Assembly (NCBI GenBank): GCA_963813025.1 | Contig: CAWEXO010000011.1 | Location: 512,001-576,000 of the forward strand | Length of the DNA: 64,000 nucleotides | DNA from: an uncultured Verrucomicrobiae bacterium | GTDB taxonomy: Bacteria > Verrucomicrobiota > Verrucomicrobiia > Chthoniobacterales > JAFAMB01 | Direction: 5' to 3' | Part shown: positions 31,334 to 40,641 of the stretch, piece by piece | Numbering within the stretch: the first letter of the stretch is position 1 | How the letters are laid out: each line of letters starts with the position of its first letter | The notes under the pieces: model-generated | The model's database searches: none | The model's input: the letters and a program-made list of their open reading frames with translations, nothing else | Told to the model about the DNA's origin: nothing | Translations under genes and position numbers: made by a program

Positions 31334-31845
31334 GCGAAAGAGTCGGCAACCTACTGCGCTTTGGGTCTTTCGCGAAGGTAAAGTGCGTACGCACGGGCGC
31401 GCATTCGCCTCCTCCCGGATAGAACGTTCATTGGACTGAACTCGGTCGGCGACTTTCTCATCCAGTCAAAGTCCTGATACGGAATATCCGACAGGCCCCG
31501 ACTTTAGCATTCGAGCAATCGTCCGGATCGCCCTCTCTACTTTATTTAATTCCGGTTCCGTACCTGTGCATGTGCTGATCGCATGTGGCCTGAAAGCACG
31601 TCCCGAGCACAAGATATTCGTAGAAAGAAGTTATCTCTTGGCTCCGCTGGATCACCTACATACAGACGGGTCGTCCACTTCACTTCGTCTGGAGATCCTA
31701 ATTTTCGTCGTCACCACGGACACCGAGGTGCCAAGACGAGGCGGGCGGCCGTGACATGGTTTCTTGCGGAGTGCCCTAAGACAGGACCCAGAATCCGCTT
31801 GCAAACGGACGTTGCAGCAATACGCTTTCCGTCCTCGGGGCAAAC

Positions 31846-31920
<75 letters not shown>

Positions 31921-33250
31921 TCTTTCCTTTCTACGCGCCAACGATTTACGCATTTCTGTCCGCGAGCTTAGCACCCGATTGTAACACTTTACTGTAACAC
32001 TTTTCTAACGCTGAGCCTCGACCATGTCTAGGAGGCGGCGTTATGCACTCAGCGTAACTGCTGGCGAAAGGCAAGGCGGTCGATGATTTCGCAGTCACGG
32101 AATCACCGTGACACGGAAAAGAGAACTGCTTTCCGCGTGAACCGATAACGCCCCTTGCTCCGCGCAGAGCGAGCACGGTCACAGGTGGAGCGCAGCAGGG
32201 CGAGCAATACCTTGACGGTGCACAGCGAGCGGTACAATCGAAAGTCGGTTCAAGCTGATCAGCAAAGGATCAATTAAACGCTGATTAGCGCGCATAAAAT
32301 TCAGAAACATCGACAGCGGTTGAGCGCGCCCCGATGCGGCTACGCAGTAGCGGCATCATGAGTCCGGGAACCAGCCCGCAAAGTCTCCGGGCGCGCGCAG
32401 GCGCACGCGTTGCGGAAGTCCCGGAGTCTTCGCGTTGGCGTGCGCTTTTAGGCCTTTGCGCCTGTGGTTTGTCTACGCGGCATGATTTGTACAAGCGCGC
32501 GAGCCGCGTTTAGGACGAGGTTGATTTGTTTGTTCATAAGAGGCTGCGTTCAATCAGAGGTTGTGAGGATTTGCGATGCGCCGTCCGCGAATGCGTGATC
32601 TTTCGGATGGCACTGCGGTTTGTTGCGGCGAAGCTGTTTGCTGTCCTGTCGGTGGCGGTTCGGTTACCGCAGCGAAGGCCGCGTTTTGTTCGCCATTTGC
32701 ACTGCGGACAGCGTAGCGCGTTCGTCCGGATTGTTTCGCCGAGCGCGGTTTCGTTTTTACGCCATTCGCTTCGGCGAGAAAACGCGCGATCGTGTCGATG
32801 CTCACGGCCACATCGACGGTTGCGAGTAGCTCGCGAATCAGCCGCAGAGATGCGCCCTTTTCGCGTAGTTCAACCATGCCTTCTCTCAGCGGCATCAGCT
32901 TTGCGTAACGCTTCGGTGGCGGCGGCGTGAATGCGCGAACAGCGTCGCGAAAACACTGCGTGCGCGCTGCGATGTCCGCGAGATCACTCATACTTATGGC
33001 AGGCGTTCAGCGACAAGTCGGTTTCCGTAGCATGGCTACGGGGTAGGGCGTCCCTCCTTAAAAACTCTGCTTTGCGAGCGTTTCTCAAAGAGGCACCGAG
33101 AGATCGATGAGAAGACGCGTGCGTTTCTCGCATCACATCCGGACAAACAAGCCGGAATTGAGGCTGCGATTTGGCCGGCACATTGCACACAAAGACCGGA
33201 CGCGCAAAACGTCTGACGTGGGTTCAAAGACACGCCCCGCGAATAAAATG
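31921..33250. mobile_element. Remnant of a tRNA-integrated (mobilisable) element
   Basis: TGTAACACTTT direct repeats at 31980 and 31993, an HTH/TraK-like ORF, and a truncated MNKQINLVLN start at 32537; no integrase is visible and the boundaries are uncertain. Confidence 0.4.
32554..32991 (-). CDS. Hypothetical DNA-binding protein of mobile-element type
   Basis: HTH-like segment LREKGASLRLIRELLATVDVAVSIDTIARFL with a low-complexity tail. Confidence 0.55.
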   Translation of the reverse strand: MSDLADIAARTQCFRDAVRAFTPPPPKRYAKLMPLREGMVELREKGASLRLIRELLATVDVAVSIDTIARFLAEANGVKTKPRSAKQSGRTRYAVRSANGEQNAAFAAVTEPPPTGQQTASPQQTAVPSERSRIRGRRIANPHNL

Positions 33251-33309
33251 GAAGCCACCACCCGTTGGTGTAACTTTTGAGAGACGTAAGCAACAATTAG
33301 CAAACCCAC

Positions 33310-36300
33310 ATGAGGGCGAGTGAGTCCCTTCAGAACGATCAATCGACTGCGACTGAAAACGCACTTCGCCGCGCTGTTGATACGACTCCCGCGTTTATTC
33401 ACACTGCCCGACCCGATGGATACTTGGATTACTTTAATCGGGGATGGTTGGATTTTCTTGGTAAGTCACTCGAAGACGTTTGCGGTTGGCGCTGGACCGA
33501 ATCGGTTCACCCGGAAGATGTAGCTTCATTAGTTCAAAAATGGCGTGCGGCTTTGGCAAGTGGAGAACCGTTCGAAGCCGAAGCGCGCGTTCGGCGCGCG
33601 GACGGAACATATCGGGCGCTTTTACATCGGAAGGAGCCGCTTCATGACGAACAGGGGAACATAGTGAAGTGGTTCGGATCGAGTATCGACATCGAGGACA
33701 GCAAGTGCGCTGAAGAACAGCTTCGGCGAAATGCCCAGGAGCTGCAAAGAAGCGAGTTTTATCTCGCCGAAGGGCAGCGCCTTGCCCATATGGGAAGCTG
33801 GGCCCTCGATGCCGCCGGCTTCGACTACTGGTCTCCTGAATTATTTCGGATTTACGGCCTCGAGCCAACTAGCACAGCGCCTACTGTTGAGGAATACCTG
33901 GATTATGTCCACCCAGATGATCGCGAGTTCATGGCAAACCTGATCAAGCGAATCCTGGTGGAACCTTCGCTGTTCGATGCCACCAAGCGCATCGTGCGCC
34001 CCGATGGTGAGGTTCGGTACATTCGCTGCGTCGGTGCTCCCGTTGTCGAAAACCAAAAGCTAAAGAAGTACATCGGCAGCGCCCTGGACGTTACCGAGCA
34101 CGAGCTTCTGACCCAAGAGCTGCAGCGTCGCGAAGCGTACCTGGCAGAGGCGCAAAGGCTCAGTCACACCGGCAGTTTCGGCTGGGATGTTTCAAGCGGA
34201 GAGATCTACTGGTCTGAAGAAACCTTTCGAATATTTGAACTCGATTCGAAGACGAAGGTAACGATTGAGCTTATCGTTCAACGAACTCATCCGGATGACA
34301 GACAAGCTGTCCAGCAAGTCATCGAGCGTGCTTCAAGTGAACGGAAAGAATTCGCCGTCGAACATCGACTGTTGATGCCTGATGGATCTATTAAGTACCT
34401 CCAGGTCGTCGGTCGCCCTTCGACAGATGAGGGGCGCCGCTCCGAGTTCGTGGGCGCGGTGACTGACATCACGAACCACAGGCGAGCGGAAGAATCCTTG
34501 CGGAAGAGCGAAGCGTATCTGGCAGATGCGCAGAAACTCAGCCAAACGGGAAGCTGGGCATGGAATCCTGAAGCCGGTATCAGGCATTGGTCCGAGGAAT
34601 TTTACCGCGTTCACGGGTACGATCCACGGGATGGTCTGCCCCAATTCGAAGAATTGTTCCAGCGGATTCATCCCGATGACCAACCCAAGGTGAAAGAACT
34701 GAGGGAGAGGATGGCCCGAGAAAAGATAGAGTTCGAATGGGACTACCGAGTCGTGCATCCCGGTGGCGCCGTCAGAGACATTCATTCCATTGGTCATCCT
34801 GTTCTCGGCCCTTCAGGCGACCTCATTGAATTCATGGGGACTGTGATCGACATCACTGAGCGCAAACGCGCGGAAGCGTTGTTCGCCGGTGAAAAGCGTC
34901 TTCTTGAGATGATCGCCACCGGTGTTGCGCTGAACGAAATCCTGAATGCGTTGTGCTTGATCATCGAGGAATACCGTCCCGGCAGGCTTGCTTCGATTTT
35001 GTTGCTTCGCACCGACGGTCTTCATCTCGATTCCGTGGCGGGACCGAGTCTTCCCAAGGCATGGAGAGAGGAAATGGAAAGACTTCCAATTGGTCCGTGT
35101 GCGGGCTCATGCGGGACCGCGGCCTATCGCGGCTCACCCGTGATGGTTTCCGACATTGCCACTGATCCGCTTTGGGAAGTGCCGGAGCATCGCGCGGCAG
35201 CATTGAGTCATGGGCTGCGGGCGTCCTGGTCGAATCCAATATTGTCGTCCGACAGAAAAGTCCTGGGAACGTTCTGCATTTACGGTCGCGAAACGCGAAG
35301 CCCAAGCGCGCAAGACCTCGGACTGATTGAAAAAGCAACGCACCTCGCACGGGTCGCAATTGAACGCGATCGGGCGGAGGCGGCGGTGCGCACCAGCGAG
35401 CAGAAATATCGCGATCTGGTAGATACAACTCCGGCATTTGTTCACACGAATTTACCAAATGGAGACCTCGACTTCGTTAACCGTGGCTGGCTGGAATACC
35501 TCGGTCTCTCTAATACAGATTTGGTCGGCTCGCGATGGACCTCCGCGATCCACCCTGAAGATGTGGAAGATTTGGTTGCCAAGTGGCGCGCCGCGCTTGA
35601 ATCCGGGGAAGGTTACGTGGCCGAGGCGCGCGTGCGGCGGGCTGATGGGGAATATCGCTGGTTCCTTCATCGTGAAGAACCACTGCGCAACGAAGCGGGA
35701 GAGATCGTCAAATGGTACGGCTCGGCTATAGAAATCGAAGAGCGCAAAATTGCGGAAGAAAAAATCCGCGAACAAGAAATAGAGCTTAGACAGATTCTGG
35801 ACCTCGCGCCGCAACACATCAGTGTTTTCGGGCCTGATGGAACCCCACTCTATATCAATCAATTAGCGCTCGAGTATTTCGGCGTCACTATCGACCAATG
35901 GCGAACCGAAGCGGCTCTGCCTCAAGCCAGTTTTTCATGGCTCGGATCTCGACTTGACCTCGTTCACCCCGATGATCGTGAACACTTTCTCAGCGAAAGA
36001 AAGAAAGGCTTTCTCAAGGGGGCGCCCTATGAGTTCGAAGTTCGGTTCCTCAGACACGACGGGAAGTTTCGCTGCTTTCTGTGTCGACTAAATCCCCTTA
36101 AAGATGAACGTGGACACATAACTCGATGGTACGGCACAGGCACGGACATCGAAGATCGCAAGCAAGCGGAGGAAGAAATACGAAGGGAGAACATCGTCCT
36201 GCGTGAAGAACTCGGTAAGAGTTCGATGTTTGAAGAAGTGATCGGCACTTCGTCGGTCTTGCAAATGGTCCTGGCGCGCGCAGCCAAGGTCGCCCCGACA

Positions 36301-37169
36301 GACTCAACCGTTTTGATCATGGGTGAAACAGGCACAGGGAAGGAACTCATCGCCCGCGCCATTCACAAACGGTCAAAGCGCTCCGAGCGCCCGTTCATCA
36401 GTGTGAATTGCGCAGCGGTTCCTTCTTCACTCATCATGTCGGAGTTGTTTGGCCACGAAAAAGGAGCGTTCACTGGAGCGGTTCAGAGGCGGCTCGGTCG
36501 ATTCGAATTGGCTGAAGGCGGCACGATTTTTCTCGATGAAGTAGGAGATCTGCCAATGGAGACGCAAATCGCGCTGCTGCGCGTTCTACAAGAACGCGAG
36601 TTTGAACGCGTAGGTGGCACGGAAGTTTTGCGCGCTGACGTCCGCGTCATCTCGGCGACGAATCGTGATCTGCAGGCGGCTATCGCAGACGGCGCCTTTC
36701 GCAGTGATCTTTACTACCGGCTCAATGTTTTTCCAATCAAACTGCCGCCGTTGCGGGAGCGAAAAGACGATGTTCCACTGCTCGTAAATTATTTTGTCGA
36801 TCGCTATGCGAAGAGAGCGGGAAAGAAGATTAAGCATATTCAAAAGAAAGCTCTCGAAGCGCTTCAAGAGTATTCATGGCCGGGCAACGTGCGCGAATTG
36901 CAAAACGTCATCGAACGTTCACTTATCATCTGCGAGACGAACGAATTTTCGATCGACAAGAGTTGGGTGGCGAACGAACCGCAATCATCCACGGCAGCGA
37001 CCGAGTCGAAATCAAATGAGCGCCAACGTATCGAAGCGGCACTTGCTCAAAGTAACGGAAGGATTTCCGGAGCACACGGTGCCGCGGCCAACTCGGCATA
37101 CCGGCTTCAACCCTCGAATCGAAAATCCGCTCTCTGAGGATTAACAAATTCCAATTCAAGGGAGTTTAG
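33310..37169 (+). CDS. Multi-PAS/GAF sigma54-dependent transcriptional activator (FhlA-like); frameshift near 37090
   Basis: About six PAS/PAC repeats, a GAF (AGSCGTAAY), AAA+ GETGTGKE and GAFTGA; the HTH KLGIPASTLESKI appears if one A is added at about 37091. Confidence 0.92.
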
Positions 37170-37287
37170 TGCGCTAGTACCTAGCTGATTTCATTTCACG
37201 CTTGCTGACGCAGCTTCCTTCGCGCAATGCCAGAATTTTTCCGCAACCGAACTGAGGCGTCCTTTTCGCCCGACGATGGGTGAACTT

Positions 37288-37615
37288 GGGGACAGGTCCG
37301 AGCCGGAGACGGGTCGAGCCGAAGCGCGCGAACCTCAGACAGGCCCTTAAAGCGCAAACAGGCCGAGGCTGTCCACGTGACAGCCCTTTTGCTCGAGCGA
37401 GGAAAGATCCTGACCGTCAACAAGAACAGCGCCGCCGATCTGGAAACAGGCCCAAGCTATGGCGGGGACAAGCTATGGCGGGGACAGGTCCTTAAATTAA
37501 AAGTGCTGGAAACCCTTTGGGGGACAAATCGTCGAACACGCGGACAAGGCGAGGTCGTTCGCGTGACCGGCTTTTGCTCGAGCAACGAGAGATCCTGACC
37601 GTGGAACAGAACAAA
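37288..37615 (+). repeat. Repeat cluster downstream of RAYT (GGGGACAGGTC plus duplicated blocks)
   Basis: Motif at 37288 and 37480; tandem aagctatggcggggac x2; block cttttgctcgagc..agatcctgaccgt at about 37386 and 37571. Confidence 0.75.
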
Positions 37616-37796
37616 CAGACAAACTATTCGAAAAAGCCTCCCTCAATAGACTCGGAGACCGCAATCGCGTTCGAGCGGTGAAGCTTGAGACCAGAGCCTT
37701 GGGCGAACGGTTACGATTCTTAGGCGTCCCGAACTGTGTCGTTAAAGAATTGCCGCCCGAATCACCCAAAAGGGGACTTTTTTTGCGACAGCAATA

Positions 37797-38789
37797 TCAG
37801 CTGGGCGCACGTTGAAAGGCGCGAAGCACCCAGATCTGCTGGTTCTCCGAGCCGTGTAATTGTCGAGGCCGAGGGTCACGGGCTTGCGGAGTGCGCAGAA
37901 GGCTCTTCCAACGAGCGAATTGTTCTTGGACAAAGGCGCGACTTCCAAGAATACCGCCATCGGTAAAATAGCGGATGCGGCACCGCAGCAATTCCGGCAG
38001 CGGAATTTCGCCGTCCAGTTCCTCGATCACGTGCGCCGCAACCCGAGGAGGAATTCTTACCGCATCAGCCTTCGAAGCCGAAGTTCCCGTTTGAAAAAGC
38101 AGCTTCCGATACTCCTTGCCAACCCTCGACCAGGGTGTTTCGGCGCTCAAAAGCAACGCGCGGCTTAAGCCCTGCTTGGCCTGTGGGCAATTTTTGGCCA
38201 CTGCTTCGGCGTATCCGCAATAGCGATAATCCTTCGGGTCTCGGCACAGACCAGCTCGCAACGGGTTCAGATCAATATAGGCCGCCACGGCGCGCAGGGC
38301 GGGTCCTTCTTCGATCAAGGTGCTTTTAAAACGCTCGGCCCACAGCGCGCCATAGCGTTGATGCCGCCGGTTAAACCATTGAGCAAAGCGACTTTTCAAC
38401 TCTTTGAAAAAAACCGATATGTCGAAGAGCTGGCGTGCATAGCGCTCTCTGAGCGTCTGCGCCGCCGGCGGCGCCAATGTTGCCAACTGTTCGGCGACCA
38501 TCGCGCGGTGAATCTCTCCGTAGCCTGCGGCAATGCAGTCCAGCAATTCGGCATTCGACAAGAGCCGCCGTTGGGGGATATAGCACAAAATGTGGAAATG
38601 ATTGGACATCACGGCATAGGTTAAAACCTGTACGCAGCAGGCTTGTTCCAGGCGGCGCATCAGATCGCGGAAATGTTCCGCTTCAGCCGAAACCATCGAG
38701 TGATTGGGAAAGATGGTCAGCCCATCCACGGCGCGCGACATGCAGTGGTAGAAACTATCGCCTGGGAGCTTGATTCGAGGATGCCGCAT
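37797..38789 (-). CDS. REP-associated tyrosine transposase (RAYT, HUH/Y1 family)
   Basis: YHCMSR, YAVMSNHFHIL (HUH), RYGALWAERFKS, YIDLNPLRAGL (catalytic Tyr), PKDYRYCGY; C-terminal extension. Confidence 0.92.
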   Translation of the reverse strand: MRHPRIKLPGDSFYHCMSRAVDGLTIFPNHSMVSAEAEHFRDLMRRLEQACCVQVLTYAVMSNHFHILCYIPQRRLLSNAELLDCIAAGYGEIHRAMVAEQLATLAPPAAQTLRERYARQLFDISVFFKELKSRFAQWFNRRHQRYGALWAERFKSTLIEEGPALRAVAAYIDLNPLRAGLCRDPKDYRYCGYAEAVAKNCPQAKQGLSRALLLSAETPWSRVGKEYRKLLFQTGTSASKADAVRIPPRVAAHVIEELDGEIPLPELLRCRIRYFTDGGILGSRAFVQEQFARWKSLLRTPQARDPRPRQLHGSENQQIWVLRAFQRAPS

Positions 38790-39009
38790 TGGTGATAGTA
38801 ATAACGTAAGTTTTATAAGTTATCAATTTCAATTGCGGCGTTCGGGGGCGCGCGATCCGAGTGCCTCATGCTTCCCATCCTGCTTATCTGATCTCGAGGT
38901 CTCAAGCGTACCTATCCCTCGACTTGTCTTCGGCGCGGGTGTTCGAAGCGAGGAGCACCTGCTCCCAGAAAGGTCCCTTTCCTGGTCTCCAAAAAGTTTC
39001 CTTCGAATT

Positions 39010-39278
39010 GACCTGTCCCTCGTTTGCCAGTCCCTCGTTTGCCAAAACGGAAACGTATAATCGACGCGCCCGCCAGAGTGGACGCGCGAGACTGTACGTC
39101 TCGCCAGATCAGCCACCCCAGGTAGTTGGGTTGGCGCTGAGTGCCTTGCCTCTGTCCTGTGCACCGCTTACTTTCTGCCGTCGGCAGCTCGTATTTTTTG
39201 CGTTGAATGGACCTCTCCCCAAAACAGCGCATTTGTACCTGGCCAAAGAGAGGTGGACCTGTCCCCAGAACGGCCCCT
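39010..39278 (+). repeat. Copy 1 of ~180-nt structured repeat plus GACCTGTCCCC motifs
   Basis: 39038-39220 aligns with 40172-40351; motifs at 39010, about 39210 (degenerate) and 39256. Confidence 0.8.
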
Positions 39279-39474
39279 TGTCACTTAGTTCAGTCGACAG
39301 CCGATCCGTGTATATGAATTCCGGGTTTCTTCAACTAATCGGCGTACTCGAAAGTCAAAGAACTGCCTCCGGTAAGGATTGGGTCTACGCTGAACACGAC
39401 CTACCGTCACCTTCTCGAACTTTCGCTTAGTCCGCTAGTGTTCCTCGATTCCTCAATTTCCCAAGTTAGCGAAG

Positions 39475-40014
39475 CTACAAACGTATCCCAACCGCAGCGT
39501 TCTCTTCGGGAGTGGCGTTCCAGTAATTATATTTTGCGGAGACGCTCTCGTAGCACGAAAGGAAGTGCGCAAGTTCCTCGGCGGTCACTGGTTGAGGTGT
39601 AGCCGCAACCGGTCTCCCGACCTCTTGAAAGAATTGAGCCAGTCTTGTGGTCGTGATGATGAATGCGACCAGAGGCTCGCTGGAAACGTTGCGCCAGGCG
39701 TGCCCTGCGCCACTAAGCACGTGGAGGTGATCGCCCGCTTTTACCACAATCCATTCATAGCCCTGTGTGCCTTGCCTCAGCGCCTTTACCTCGCCGGAAA
39801 TGACAAAGAAGTCCTCCGTGTCAGGGTGACCGTGAAGTGGAACTGAGACGATAGGCGGGATCTCTCCCCTCAGCACGCAGAAATCAATGCTCGCCTCTTG
39901 CGGCGACGTCAGAAACTCCATCGTTGGTCCGAAGAGTCGACGCGCAGGCCGGTTGTGGGATTTACTTCGGTACTCATATGGCTCTATCCTTGGTTTCATG
40001 GTTCTAGTGCTCAT
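39475..40014 (-). CDS. Cupin domain protein
   Basis: PLHGHPDTEDFFVISGE and GDHLHVLSGAGHAWRN cupin motifs. Confidence 0.88.
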   Translation of the reverse strand: MSTRTMKPRIEPYEYRSKSHNRPARRLFGPTMEFLTSPQEASIDFCVLRGEIPPIVSVPLHGHPDTEDFFVISGEVKALRQGTQGYEWIVVKAGDHLHVLSGAGHAWRNVSSEPLVAFIITTTRLAQFFQEVGRPVAATPQPVTAEELAHFLSCYESVSAKYNYWNATPEENAAVGIRL

Positions 40015-40171
40015 CTCAGACAGTATATGTTAACGGGCGGACCGTCAGACAAAGATTAAACGGAACGGCGCTAGCTGCTAAGCCCGACCGTTTTCATGTA
40101 GCTTGGCAAAAGCTCACGGATTAAGCGCTCGGCTCTGTTGACCGTTTCATCATCGAATAAACTGTGCCTTG

Positions 40172-40548
40172 TTTGCAAAACGGAAATGTATAACCGACAC
40201 GCGCGCCGGAGTGGACGAGCGAGACCGTACGTCTCACCAGGTCAGCCGCCTGCAGGTAGTTAGGTTGGCGCTGAATGCCTTTGTCTCTTTTGCACCGCTT
40301 ACCTCTTGCGATCGGCGGCCGGTTTGGTTTGCGCCGAATTGACCTGTCCCCAGCGGCCAATTTTGACCTGTCCCCAGAACGGCCCCTCCCTGACCCAAGA
40401 GAGGTGGACCTGTCCCCAGAACGGCCCCTCCTGTCCCCAGCGGCCAATTTTGACCTGTCCCCAGAACGGCCCCTCCCTGACCCAAGAGAGGTGGACCTGT
40501 CCCCAGAACGGCCCCTCTGTTATGGAATCGCTTAGTAGACCTGTCCCC
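40172..40548 (+). repeat. Copy 2 of ~180-nt repeat followed by an 87-bp tandem duplication rich in GACCTGTCCCC
   Basis: Motifs at 40341, 40365, 40407, 40452, 40494 and 40538; exact period-87 duplication 40343-40516. Confidence 0.88.
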
Positions 40549-40641
40549 TAGCCGGGGCGGCGCCCCATGTTTGCTGTTCGGACAGCAGATCGAGCAGAGC
40601 TTTTTGCATTTTCGATTCTTTGAAGCCTCGGATCCAAGGTC

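Noticed and set aside
40121..40551. Repetitive ORFs (LGTGQNWP.../TCPQNGP...)
   Set aside because: Translations of the non-coding tandem repeats, open in several frames on both strands.
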